Part shown: positions 1-9,240 of the stretch, one piece after another | How positions within the stretch are numbered: position 1 is the stretch's first letter | Layout: the number at the start of each line of letters is the position of its first letter | IMG/VR virus record: IMGVR_UViG_3300031841_004478 | DNA: 64,000 bases | Direction: 5' to 3' (one strand) | Source: an uncultured virus (IMG/VR IMGVR_UViG_3300031841_004478) | Taxonomy: Duplodnaviria > Heunggongvirae > Uroviricota > Caudoviricetes | Made by a program: the position numbers and the translations under genes | Notes under the pieces: model-generated | The model's database searches: none | Told to the model about the DNA's origin: nothing | What the model saw: the letters and a program-made list of their open reading frames with translations, nothing else

Positions 1-183
1 AAATTCGAAGTCCAGTCGATAACCATCACTGGGTTTGTAACCAAAGTGCCTAAGTTCTTTGATTTCGTTCATCATAGCATTGCCGCTATAGTTAGCATAA
101 GGATACTTACCTACCAAACGTTCACCTGTCTTACAACGTGCATCTTTCTTGAAGACGAACAGTGTGTAACCATATTGTGTCAT
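1..183 (-). CDS. hypothetical protein, runs off window start (MTQYGYTLFVFKKDARCKTGERLVGKY...)
   Basis: Read manually: ATG at 183 preceded by strong SD AAGGAGGT, open to base 1; not in ORF track. Confidence 0.7.
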   Translation of the reverse strand, partial: MTQYGYTLFVFKKDARCKTGERLVGKYPYANYSGNAMMNEIKELRHFGYKPSDGYRLDFEF

Positions 184-199
184 TTTGTACCTCCTTTGC

Positions 200-529
200 T
201 TATACATAGGCCTTACCTAGTAAATTTTCTGCTGACCAACGGGCTTCCCAATCTCCAATCCATTCAATTTTCTTTTCTCTTGACCAACCAGCCAGATAAT
301 CATTGTCTCTGTCAAATAGTTTTAATACTTCTTCTTCTGACATTAACTGTGTATCAACAATGTTTTCATTTAAACAAAGTTGGCTGAACTCTTCAGCTTC
401 ATTGCAAGTCACAGAATCTTTAATAAAAGTTTCTGGATCACAGTCTTTGATGTCACTCGTAGGAATGACATATCTTGTTCTAAACTGTAGAACCGCGGTT
501 AACACTACATAATCACTCATTTCGCTCAT
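200..529 (-). CDS. hypothetical phage protein
   Basis: ORF 200..544 of track; start moved to ATG 529 behind GAGGA; abuts kdsB. Confidence 0.7.
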   Translation of the reverse strand: MSEMSDYVVLTAVLQFRTRYVIPTSDIKDCDPETFIKDSVTCNEAEEFSQLCLNENIVDTQLMSEEEVLKLFDRDNDYLAGWSREKKIEWIGDWEARWSAENLLGKAYV

Positions 530-1187
530 TCCATTTCCTCGCATCTTCAGGTGTATTAATTTCTATTCCATTCCATTCTACCTCATTTACACCAATTTGT
601 ACACCGTTTTTTATCCATCTTAATTGTTCTAATTGTTCAATTTGTTCTTCAGGATATTTTACATATGACCAATATTTAGCAAGTACTTCTCTTGTATATC
701 CATACACACCTAAATGCCAATCACCATATCCTTTAAATCCTCTTCCAAACCATAAAGCTCTATTTTCAAATCGAATTAATTTTACCGTATTAGGATCATT
801 TTGTAATTCTTTAGGCATTTTAGTATAGACAGTAGATACATGATAAAACCCTAATAAATCTATACAACCTTCAATACAATCAGATGTTACGTCAGGCATA
901 TCACCTTGAACATTAATAAACTGATCGTATCTTCTTAATAAAGGTATGGCTCCACTACATCTTTCAGTTCCATTTTTGTAATTAGCATTTTCAACTCTAC
1001 AATTATTATCATTAAAACGTTCTGCTATACTCCAATCGTCTGTTAAAACATATGTATCAAGACCTGTTTTAGCACATACTTCATATACACGCTTTATCAT
1101 TGGAATACCACCCAAATTTACAAGTGGCTTTCCAGGAAATCGACTAGATTTAAATCTAGCTGGAATAAGAATAGCGGTCGATGTCAT
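513..1187 (-). CDS. kdsB: CMP-KDO synthetase (3-deoxy-manno-octulosonate cytidylyltransferase)
   Basis: IPAR.KSSRFPGKPL, GTERC, INVQGDMP, HLGVYGY, EQLEQLRW and INTPED motifs typical of KdsB. Confidence 0.92.
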   Translation of the reverse strand: MTSTAILIPARFKSSRFPGKPLVNLGGIPMIKRVYEVCAKTGLDTYVLTDDWSIAERFNDNNCRVENANYKNGTERCSGAIPLLRRYDQFINVQGDMPDVTSDCIEGCIDLLGFYHVSTVYTKMPKELQNDPNTVKLIRFENRALWFGRGFKGYGDWHLGVYGYTREVLAKYWSYVKYPEEQIEQLEQLRWIKNGVQIGVNEVEWNGIEINTPEDARKWNERNE

Positions 1188-1914
1188 TTACTACACTTTC
1201 AAAATCTTCTAGTCTTAGCATATTTGGTCCATCACTTGGTGCATTATCTGGATCTGCATGTACTTCTAAAAAGAAGTTGCTAATACCCATAGCACTGGCA
1301 GCCCGAGCAAGACCTGGAACGTAATCACGATTACCGCCACTTGATTTCCCATTGCCTCCGGGTTTTTGGACAGAGTGCGTAACATCAAAAACAATAGGAT
1401 TGTCATAGTTAGCAAGCATATACTGAAGGCCAGTATAGTCAACAACAAGATTATTATACCCAAAACTAGTACCTCTTTCTGTAATCCAAACTTCTTTCGC
1501 GTTTTTAGTTTTACTTAATATGCCAGCAACATCCCAAGGTGCTAGGAATTGTCCCTTTTTAATATTAACTATGCAATTTGATTTACAAGCTTCTACAATT
1601 AAATCAGTTTGTCTACATAAGAATGCTGGTATTTGTAAAACATCAACTACACCTTTACATCTACTTATTTGTCCTACAGTGTGAACATCGGTTAATATTT
1701 TAAAACCAGCGTCTCTAATTTTTTGAAAGTCAGGCAGTGTGTCATCAATACCTACACCACGCTTACCAGACATGCTGGTGCGATTTGCTTTGTCAAAGCT
1801 TGCTTTAAATATATATTCAATTTCATATTTATCACAAACATCTTTACAATGATTAGCAATTTCTAAAGATTGCTCAAGAGACTCATGTTGACACGGTCCT
1901 GCTATTATCCGCAC
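1156..1914 (-). CDS. kdsA: KDO 8-phosphate synthase
   Basis: IAGPC, FKASFDKANRTS, QIPAFLCRQTDL, NIKKGQF, ERGTSFGY, DVTHSVQ, SDGPN motifs; GTG start. Confidence 0.96.
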   Translation of the reverse strand: MRIIAGPCQHESLEQSLEIANHCKDVCDKYEIEYIFKASFDKANRTSMSGKRGVGIDDTLPDFQKIRDAGFKILTDVHTVGQISRCKGVVDVLQIPAFLCRQTDLIVEACKSNCIVNIKKGQFLAPWDVAGILSKTKNAKEVWITERGTSFGYNNLVVDYTGLQYMLANYDNPIVFDVTHSVQKPGGNGKSSGGNRDYVPGLARAASAMGISNFFLEVHADPDNAPSDGPNMLRLEDFESVVNDIDRYSYSS

Positions 1915-2218
1915 GTTTTGCTTCCTCTCGTTCTATGGCAGCTTCAACCGCGTTAGTCATACATTCATATAAAATTTCACCTACAACTTCAGCGCAATCA
2001 TCTTCTGTAAGACCATCAATTGGAGAAGACAAAATTTCAAAATTAAAATTTAATTCGTCTTTTTCAGCCACTTCGGCAATAGTACCAAACCTAAAAACAG
2101 TTTCAGTATATTCACCTTCTAATATTCTAACATTCCACCAATTTTCATCATCTGATGGAATTAGTTCAAAGTCTTCATTCTGTTTCAAATTCAAGTTCCA
2201 CTTCTGTTTGATAACCAA
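1883..2218 (-). CDS. conserved hypothetical protein downstream of uvsX
   Basis: Acidic ORF bridging uvsX and kdsA; true start probably a few codons downstream (TTG). Confidence 0.65.
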   Translation of the reverse strand: MVIKQKWNLNLKQNEDFELIPSDDENWWNVRILEGEYTETVFRFGTIAEVAEKDELNFNFEILSSPIDGLTEDDCAEVVGEILYECMTNAVEAAIEREEAKRADNSRTVST

Positions 2219-3215
2219 TGGCGTATTGCCGTTTTAAAAATTCTTTGAAATCAGTATTAGTAAAGATTGGATCCCAAAATTCTTTCTCTAAAGTTTGATC
2301 ATACCTAACCTTTGCGCCAATTTCACCTGTTTCCTGATTAACTTCAGAATACCACCCGTTGGAAGGTTTAGTAACGTAGCCACCAGCGAGAGCCACATCA
2401 AGAAGGCCGCTGTAATTGCGAACACCACCGTCCCAGGAAACAGTAATAGGAATCTTAGACTTTTCTTTAACATACCTGCTCTTTTCAACGTTAATTACAA
2501 AATGATACCCTTGAATCTCTGTACCTTTTTTATCTTGTTGTCTACCAAGAATCCAAATATTATCAGCACTATAATATATGCCTGTACCTCCAGATACTAC
2601 AGCTTTTGGAAATAATCCAATTTCCATATAAGTGTGATTTACTGCAATAAGAGGAATATCTTTCATATTTAGATATGGAGTACACATTCTAAACAGACCT
2701 TTAAGAGCTTTTGCTCTTGACATGTCTGCTACAGATTTTTCATTAATAGCATCTTCTAATTCTTTTTTCGATGCTAAATTACCAACTGAATCAATCATAA
2801 TAATAACTTTATCATTACGATCAAGACCTTCAAGTTGAGAAATAACATCAAACTTAAGTTCTTCTACGTTTGTAATTGGTGTATGAAGAACTCGAGTAGT
2901 ATCGATATCATATTGTTGAAAATAAGATTGAGGAGAACCAAACTCTGAGTCATAAAATAATAGAACAGCATCTTCGTATTTTTTCAAATAAGCAGAAGCC
3001 ATAATAAGACCAAAAGAAGTTTTAAAATGTTTTGATGGACCTGCAAGAACTGTAAGACCTGGAGCAATTCCTCCATCTACAGAACCAGATAATGCCACAT
3101 TAATCATTGGTACATCTGTTGGTACCATATCTTTTTCAGTAAAAAACTTACTTTCACTTAGAACATTAGTAAATTCTATTTTACTGTTCTTTTTCAATTT
3201 ATCCATTATTGACAT
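2175..3215 (-). CDS. uvsX: RecA-like recombinase UvsX
   Basis: Walker A GPSKHFKT, LFYDSEFG, DSVGNLASKKE, VVSGGTGIYYSAD as in T4 UvsX. Confidence 0.97.
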   Translation of the reverse strand: MSIMDKLKKNSKIEFTNVLSESKFFTEKDMVPTDVPMINVALSGSVDGGIAPGLTVLAGPSKHFKTSFGLIMASAYLKKYEDAVLLFYDSEFGSPQSYFQQYDIDTTRVLHTPITNVEELKFDVISQLEGLDRNDKVIIMIDSVGNLASKKELEDAINEKSVADMSRAKALKGLFRMCTPYLNMKDIPLIAVNHTYMEIGLFPKAVVSGGTGIYYSADNIWILGRQQDKKGTEIQGYHFVINVEKSRYVKEKSKIPITVSWDGGVRNYSGLLDVALAGGYVTKPSNGWYSEVNQETGEIGAKVRYDQTLEKEFWDPIFTNTDFKEFLKRQYAIGYQTEVELEFETE

Positions 3216-3216
3216 A

Positions 3217-3972
3217 TTATACTGGAATCCCTTCGAATTGATTATTCATAATAAATTGCTTTACGTCTACTTTTGGTTTCCAACCAAATTCTTCTTTCAT
3301 ATGAGTATTATCAGCAGTATTGTTTGGAGCTTCACAAGTAGCACCTTCTTTTATAGGTACGTTATATCCAGCCAATTCTGCCAAATCAGATACAGTATTA
3401 CCCACTCCAGTACCAATATCGTAAGCGCGCTGTTGTGGTTCATTGTCAGAATTGATAATAGCCAATATCGCTGAGACAACATCACTAACGTGAATAAAGT
3501 CACGCACGTGATTAGTACTATACTCAAGATTGCTTGAAAGAAGCCTACCCATGAACATAGTATCGCGAGCACCATCACCATACACAGTTGTAAAGCGAAG
3601 CGCTGTTTGTCTAGCTCTTGCAGTTTCTTCGTTAACTTTCTTTGTTGTTCCATAAGGAGATAACCACCATCTGTGAATACAGGATGAGGAAGCATACAAT
3701 AATGGTACATTATTCTTCCTACAAATTTGTTGTATTCGAGTTGTATTTTCTACATTGTTTTTCCAATATTCTTGTGGATAGTCAATGCTACGTCTTACGT
3801 CGGCTTGTGCTGCTAAATGAATTACCCAACTTACACCAGAAGGTAATTCAAAGTGATCGATATGTCTTTCAATCTTTCGATCCCACTGATCTACAACATG
3901 TCCAGCTGCAATCAGTTCCTTTACTAAATGGGATCCAATGAACCCATGTGATCCAGTTACTACAATTTTCAT
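3217..3972 (-). CDS. NAD-dependent sugar epimerase/dehydratase (extended SDR)
   Basis: TGSHGFIG Rossmann motif, HLAA, YGTTK (YxxxK), RDFIHV. Confidence 0.9.
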   Translation of the reverse strand: MKIVVTGSHGFIGSHLVKELIAAGHVVDQWDRKIERHIDHFELPSGVSWVIHLAAQADVRRSIDYPQEYWKNNVENTTRIQQICRKNNVPLLYASSSCIHRWWLSPYGTTKKVNEETARARQTALRFTTVYGDGARDTMFMGRLLSSNLEYSTNHVRDFIHVSDVVSAILAIINSDNEPQQRAYDIGTGVGNTVSDLAELAGYNVPIKEGATCEAPNNTADNTHMKEEFGWKPKVDVKQFIMNNQFEGIPV

Positions 3973-4009
3973 TTAAGAATCCTCTAATATTAATGAAGCT
4001 ATTTATGCT

Positions 4010-4038
4010 ATTATACCATAAATTCATCTAATAGTACA
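4010..4038 (-). promoter_or_regulatory. sigma70-type early/middle promoter; a late-like CATAAATA (4000..4007) lies just downstream
   Basis: Minus strand TGTACT-N17-TATAAT with TGn extension, followed by agCATAAATA. Confidence 0.65.
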
Positions 4039-5048
4039 CTCTTTTCTGGTGGTCGACCTTGTCTTTGTGCCCATCCTGATACCCAACCAGAATTATTTTG
4101 AATATTAGCAGAGATATGGTCAAACGTATCGTCATTTCGTGGTACATAATTTTGACCAAATCGAACAAAGTCACATAAAACATCTTCATTATCTCGTGGT
4201 GCCCCACCCATACGTTCACATAATATATCCATAAATTTATCAGTACTATATCCGCTTGACATCATTTTCATACACCTAACGGCATTATTACCAAAATATC
4301 CATGAGACTGATCATCTACAAGATCTTTATGATAATCACCCAAATCATATGAAAAAGCAGCATAAACAAAGTTAAATTTTCTGTGTCCCTGTTCAGCATT
4401 ATATGCATTTAAAAAATCTGTAACTTGTTTATGTGTTTTCTTTTGGCCACTATGTAACCAATCAATGAGTCTATCTAAAAGATGTGGTAATTCTTCAGTA
4501 AGATAATCAATAACACTTACACCTTTACGAGGAGCTGGAGGTTGGTTTCCAATTGAAGTGAAAGTTGGAATCTTATTTGCTTTACGGTATTTAAGATCAG
4601 CACTCATTTCTTCAATTGATTCTAAAACTCCCCATTTATGAACACAATTATTTCTATAACCATGATCTCTTGTAAATGATGCTCCAGATCCTGTGGCTCT
4701 ATGACACATATAAGCAAATAACCACGTTTTAAGATCCCATTTTTCAGTGATATAGCTATCAACCAAATCTACGTGTTTTTGACCTAAAGATTTATTCTTT
4801 AATTGATGATGTCTTTTTGGTGTTTCACTACGATACCTTAAATCTTGTAAAACATTTGAAAAACCAGCAGCATCTCTTGTATAACAATCGTAAATATCAA
4901 TCTCTTGCATAAGATCGTCATTTATTTCTTTATTTGCTATTTCACCTGTATAAGGAATTTTTCCCCAGTTACAATTAATTTGTAACCACTTGGCTCTTGG
5001 ATAATAATAATCTACTAAAATATCAATTGCTTTTTCATTAAGCCACAT
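4011..5048 (-). CDS. aGPT-Pplase / amino acid:DNA transferase-like protein (DNA hypermodification)
   Basis: Motif series FNFVYAAFSYDL, FGNNAVRCM, DNEDVLCDFVRF resembles aGPT-Pplase1 (F..Q...DL, GPGA..GL, E..LCEF.K); cluster context. Confidence 0.55.
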   Translation of the reverse strand: MWLNEKAIDILVDYYYPRAKWLQINCNWGKIPYTGEIANKEINDDLMQEIDIYDCYTRDAAGFSNVLQDLRYRSETPKRHHQLKNKSLGQKHVDLVDSYITEKWDLKTWLFAYMCHRATGSGASFTRDHGYRNNCVHKWGVLESIEEMSADLKYRKANKIPTFTSIGNQPPAPRKGVSVIDYLTEELPHLLDRLIDWLHSGQKKTHKQVTDFLNAYNAEQGHRKFNFVYAAFSYDLGDYHKDLVDDQSHGYFGNNAVRCMKMMSSGYSTDKFMDILCERMGGAPRDNEDVLCDFVRFGQNYVPRNDDTFDHISANIQNNSGWVSGWAQRQGRPPEKSVLLDEFMV

Positions 5049-5922
5049 TCTTCGCCCACTCCCTATATGAATCTATAGTATCTGCTAATTCTAAATTTTG
5101 TAAAATTGGTTCTTTTCCTACATTCCAAAAGAGAATGTCTTTATCAGTATTTTTAGGAATATACTTCCATACTTTGCCATCGTAAGTATCTATAGTCGGA
5201 AAAGGTGGTAGGTTTTCTTTTTTCTCTGCTTGTAAAAATGCAAGAGGTTCAGATATAGGTTTGGCAATTCCAAGCTCTCCAGCTTTCATATTACGAGATA
5301 CACAAACTGAATGAAACTTTGCATTTGGCCATGCAATTTGAAGGGCACGAGTAAGTACACCTGTTGATGTAGCAGTATAAACTTCTTCTGGTTCTCGTAT
5401 CTTCGAAGCTGTCTTTACAATACCAGCTGTGACCATTTCATGTTTCAATCCAAGTGGTACAAAGAAAGCATTTTTTCTTTCAGAAGCCCATTTCTTTGCA
5501 ATGGCATTTAGATTTGGCATAGCAGCTATTCTATGAAATTGGAATTTAGCTCCTCGTTCAATACAACAGGCTTGATGATGACTAATCTTTTTTGATGAAG
5601 GCATAAAAAGCATGACATCTTTACCATGTCGTTTTGCTACGTCAAGTATACTAACACCAGCAAGACCAGTCCGAGGTTGAACATAGACGATAGTATCGAT
5701 TCGAGAATCGAGGCTACTAATAAGACAATCACCGCCACGAACTTTAGAACCCACAAGATAGTCGTCACGAACAACTCGTACACCATCGTGCATATTAACC
5801 ACTGGTTCACCATAAGGATCTTCCCAATCTTTTGCTAAATCTAAATAATATTCTTTTGGATCTCCATAGAATGGGTTTATATCTTTATTAATTCCATCTA
5901 TAACATGATTTTTAAACGCCAA
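5038..5922 (-). CDS. PLP-dependent enzyme, fold type II (cysteine synthase/Trp synthase beta-like)
   Basis: VVRDD...GSKVR (Schiff-base Lys), ATSTGV loop, YDGKVW, LFWNVG; start set at TTG 5922 behind GGGGAG. Confidence 0.75.
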   Translation of the reverse strand: MAFKNHVIDGINKDINPFYGDPKEYYLDLAKDWEDPYGEPVVNMHDGVRVVRDDYLVGSKVRGGDCLISSLDSRIDTIVYVQPRTGLAGVSILDVAKRHGKDVMLFMPSSKKISHHQACCIERGAKFQFHRIAAMPNLNAIAKKWASERKNAFFVPLGLKHEMVTAGIVKTASKIREPEEVYTATSTGVLTRALQIAWPNAKFHSVCVSRNMKAGELGIAKPISEPLAFLQAEKKENLPPFPTIDTYDGKVWKYIPKNTDKDILFWNVGKEPILQNLELADTIDSYREWAKNVA

Positions 5923-6868
5923 GAGGTGATACTCCCCAATCGTTTCTTCTATGAAAAGGAGGAGCAATATGTACACTTCCACCATGTTCCATATAAGTAT
6001 TCGCATATTTTTCTGGATCCATAGTATACCAATGTTCAGGTGGCATTACTACTTTACCTTTTGATTCATTATGTAGTATTTCAATAAAACGATTTGTTAA
6101 ATCATATCGTTCTTTCCATGATCCAAAGAATGGTGTCTTTTTAAAATAACCAGTTTTAGGTAATTTACGACCTTCATATTCTACTGGAACAGGTGCCGTA
6201 AACCAAACATCATCTCCAAGTTCATTACCTTGACGAACATATTCTTTTAAAGTTTCTTTTAAATCGAAATCAGAATGACGCAATATATGGTGCCTAATAT
6301 CAATAGAACCGAGGCATATAGTAAGTCTATGTACGGATTCTTTGAAGTCTTCTCTGAGTCCTCTTCTAAGAGATCCATAAAGAGTTTTACCATCAGTACG
6401 GTACACACGGTCACCAGCAGCGCTAAAAGCAATTGTATGAGAATCTCCATAGGTAATTCCATCTGATTTAATATTTCTTTGTGTTAAAAAAGGAATATAT
6501 TTTATTCTTTCAGAAACCATATCACACCACTTTTCAGTGATGCCTTCATATGTAGTATTATTACCTATACGAACTTTTAACATAGCTCCATAGTCTGGCA
6601 TATCGCAATCAAGTGACGTGATATTGTTACACGCTAACAACGTGTTTATTTTATCAAATATTTCTTTTGTAGCTCCACCAAATAAATTAAGTGTCCCACC
6701 AAAATTCACGCCATGATCAACATAAACTTGATCGGCTTTTAGAATATTAGCAGAACACTTATGATCTATTGCGGCATTTAGTTGGTTTTGCCAAATTTGT
6801 GTCCATCCTAAAACATGTGACTTTTCAGTTTTAGGAATATTAGTGATAGGATTCGTTATGACTTTCAT
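5912..6868 (-). CDS. SGNH/GDSL-like hydrolase or acyltransferase
   Basis: YGDSH (block I), LGSIDIRHH (block III-like), SVH near C-terminus. Confidence 0.55.
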   Translation of the reverse strand: MKVITNPITNIPKTEKSHVLGWTQIWQNQLNAAIDHKCSANILKADQVYVDHGVNFGGTLNLFGGATKEIFDKINTLLACNNITSLDCDMPDYGAMLKVRIGNNTTYEGITEKWCDMVSERIKYIPFLTQRNIKSDGITYGDSHTIAFSAAGDRVYRTDGKTLYGSLRRGLREDFKESVHRLTICLGSIDIRHHILRHSDFDLKETLKEYVRQGNELGDDVWFTAPVPVEYEGRKLPKTGYFKKTPFFGSWKERYDLTNRFIEILHNESKGKVVMPPEHWYTMDPEKYANTYMEHGGSVHIAPPFHRRNDWGVSPLGV

Positions 6869-7835
6869 ATACTGACCTCAAGCTGAAATCCTTTGGAAAG
6901 ATCCATTCATATGGAATTCTTTTCGTAGGTGATTTTACTCCATGATTAATAGCAATATGCTTATAAAAGAAACATGTCTTATCTTCTATGTTCAAGAGCT
7001 TTTGCTCTTTAATTGGATTCATAGGATGATTAGACAATATCTCCATTTGTTCTAGCCATATTCTACCATATTCGTTAGTAGAAGTAAACAGTCCATTTTC
7101 ATCTATTTCGTATTTTACTTTACTCATTAAATTTTTACCACCAAATATTTGGTGCATACCATCAAAGTGACCAGTACCTCCAAATAAAACAGATTCTGGA
7201 TCACATACATTAGGATATGCCATAGCAATATAACGAGCAAAGTTTTTACATGGATACATAGGATTTCTAAATCCTTGTTCCTTCGCAAAATACTGTGCCA
7301 TTTCTTTTGCAAGTTCCATCATAGTCCAAGGTCTATTTTTAGAACTTAAAATATGACCCATATCTTCAGCAGCTTGTTTTGGTCCAGTTAATAACCATTC
7401 ACGAACGTTAGTGCCTTTAGGATAATAGATTTGAAATAAATCGTTTCGAGCATGTCTATGATGCTCAAATCGTTCTTTTAGTCCTTGTACACCATGATTC
7501 ATTAGAGTTGTAAGTGTTAACCAATGTTCATTAGTAAAACTAAAAACAAGAGTATACCACATACGATGAAAATCATCGGTTACATCTGACATAATATCAC
7601 AGAATGGATGTTCATGCCAGTGTAACCGATGTGAAAAGATTTGATAATCTTGTTTGAGTAGTGTATCTTGTCTTTGATCGAACTTACGACAAAACTCAAA
7701 GAACTTTTCAAATCTTTGTTCTTGAGTCCAATCTTTCATCCAACTATCAACAGGTTTTCCTTTTTTATTAAGGTCTACTACTGTTGTATTTTCATATAAG
7801 ATATCATATTCATTAGGCGATAAGTTCATAATCAA
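6840..7835 (-). CDS. second aGPT-Pplase / amino acid:DNA transferase-like protein
   Basis: DTLLKQDYQIF, FGGTGHFDGMHQIF, NIEDKTCFFYK motifs parallel those of 4011..5048. Confidence 0.55.
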   Translation of the reverse strand: MIMNLSPNEYDILYENTTVVDLNKKGKPVDSWMKDWTQEQRFEKFFEFCRKFDQRQDTLLKQDYQIFSHRLHWHEHPFCDIMSDVTDDFHRMWYTLVFSFTNEHWLTLTTLMNHGVQGLKERFEHHRHARNDLFQIYYPKGTNVREWLLTGPKQAAEDMGHILSSKNRPWTMMELAKEMAQYFAKEQGFRNPMYPCKNFARYIAMAYPNVCDPESVLFGGTGHFDGMHQIFGGKNLMSKVKYEIDENGLFTSTNEYGRIWLEQMEILSNHPMNPIKEQKLLNIEDKTCFFYKHIAINHGVKSPTKRIPYEWIFPKDFSLRSVYESHNESYH

Positions 7836-7846
7836 AGAGTTCTTTT

Positions 7847-8098
7847 TTAGTAACCACCATTATAAGTTTGTTCAGCTTGCAGATGAGCCATATCAACTTC
7901 AAGTTTAGTAATTCGTTCTTTTAATTCAATTATTTCTTGTTTCTTTTCAAGTTCTTCTTGTGCTTTTAATTTAGCATCTTCTTCACGACTTCGTCTCATC
8001 ATATAATCGTAGTATGGTTCACGATAATACGTAGTATCCATGTATGTTTCATCATCTTCGTTATTCGTGACTTTTCTCAGTTTTTGCAATAAGTTCAT
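7847..8098 (-). CDS. small coiled-coil hypothetical protein
   Basis: 83-aa ORF overlapping deaminase end; charged heptad-like C-terminus. Confidence 0.6.
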   Translation of the reverse strand: MNLLQKLRKVTNNEDDETYMDTTYYREPYYDYMMRRSREEDAKLKAQEELEKKQEIIELKERITKLEVDMAHLQAEQTYNGGY

Positions 8099-8519
8099 AT
8101 TTAACTCCTGCTTCTTGAAATAATTGTTTTGTTAACGACCATGAGTCGCGCCACCGCTCATCTACATCAGCTCGCATCACGACTCTTTTTACTCCAACTT
8201 GAATTACACCTAAGGCACAATTCGAACAAGTTGGTAAACCAGTTACATATATGGTTGATCCATCTAATGAAACACCATTGAAACCAGCATTATAGATGCA
8301 GTTCATTTCAGCATGAACCACCAATTTGTATTTTTTTTCTCTATCTGTATACCTCTCATTTGAATCTATAATATTACGCGGAAATCCATTATAACCTTGA
8401 GCTAATACTTGGCCTTTATTACCAATAGCAACAGCTCCAATTTGCCGCGATGGATCTTTAGACCATGTAGCAATATGCTCAGCAAGATCTAAATATCGAT
8501 AATCCCATTTACTTAACAA
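8061..8519 (-). CDS. cd: dCMP deaminase
   Basis: SKDPS.QIGAV, GYNGFPR, HAEMN and PTCSNC zinc motifs; start probably TTG 8519 overlapping gp42 stop. Confidence 0.92.
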   Translation of the reverse strand: MLSKWDYRYLDLAEHIATWSKDPSRQIGAVAIGNKGQVLAQGYNGFPRNIIDSNERYTDREKKYKLVVHAEMNCIYNAGFNGVSLDGSTIYVTGLPTCSNCALGVIQVGVKRVVMRADVDERWRDSWSLTKQLFQEAGVKYELIAKTEKSHE

Positions 8520-9204
8520 GGTGAAAATGCCTTTCATAAACATGTAGATTTTGAACTTGCCAAACAATATGACCAAGCTCTATTTTATCTCCGCCATCAT
8601 ACATGTTTAATCCATTATAATCCATGATCAAACGATTCATCACTGCAAGTTGCCAAGCATAATCATTTTTATAACCATACACGACATCATTACTCCGCAT
8701 TTGAACTACAGAGTGTAAAAGATTATCTCGTATGTAATAAGAAACGGCATTGGTACAGATGAAATCGTTTTTACCATTTTCGTTATATTCCAACCAAATA
8801 GATGGACGATTATAGATCATAGTAGCTCTACGACCGTCAGGATTTAACATTAATTCATCGAGTACATTTCCGTACTGGTTATAATATATATCATCAAAAA
8901 TCAGTTTTCCGTAATTAGAATTGATTTCTCCATGAGTATTTGCCGCATATTTCCAAGCAGCAGGAGCATCAGCGCCAGACTCTTTGTTAATATCATAGAT
9001 ATTTGTTGATTGTGAATCATACCACGCAAGTTCTTTTGCGATATATTCATCGTTAGGCGTACCAAAAATAGATGGTTCATCTGCTATAAACTGAGCACCA
9101 ATTAATTCAATTGTTTTTTGACCAGTTTTATCAGTTGTGAATGCTTTATCGCTTAATTCGCCAATAAAATATTCACGGATATCATGTACACTATTTATTT
9201 TCAT
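8509..9204 (-). CDS. gp42: dCMP hydroxymethylase (T4 gp42 orthologue)
   Basis: DKTG.KTIE.IGA.F.ADEP, EINSNYG, DFICTN, MRSNDVV.G..NDYAWQ, LHVY.RHF match T4 gp42, including the cytosine-specifying Asp (NDYAW). Confidence 0.92.
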   Translation of the reverse strand: MKINSVHDIREYFIGELSDKAFTTDKTGQKTIELIGAQFIADEPSIFGTPNDEYIAKELAWYDSQSTNIYDINKESGADAPAAWKYAANTHGEINSNYGKLIFDDIYYNQYGNVLDELMLNPDGRRATMIYNRPSIWLEYNENGKNDFICTNAVSYYIRDNLLHSVVQMRSNDVVYGYKNDYAWQLAVMNRLIMDYNGLNMYDGGDKIELGHIVWQVQNLHVYERHFHLVK

Positions 9205-9210
9205 GGTTAT

Positions 9211-9240
9211 ATTCTATCACATATCTTTCTTAAAGTAAAC
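9211..9240 (-). promoter_or_regulatory. T4 early-type promoter for gp42 operon
   Basis: GTTTACT-N17-TAGAAT with TGn; 6 nt between -10 box and ATG. Confidence 0.75.

Noticed and set aside
8509..9204. Calling this ORF thymidylate synthase or dUMP hydroxymethylase
   Set aside because: Matches T4 gp42 along its length and has Asp (NDYAW) at the specificity position
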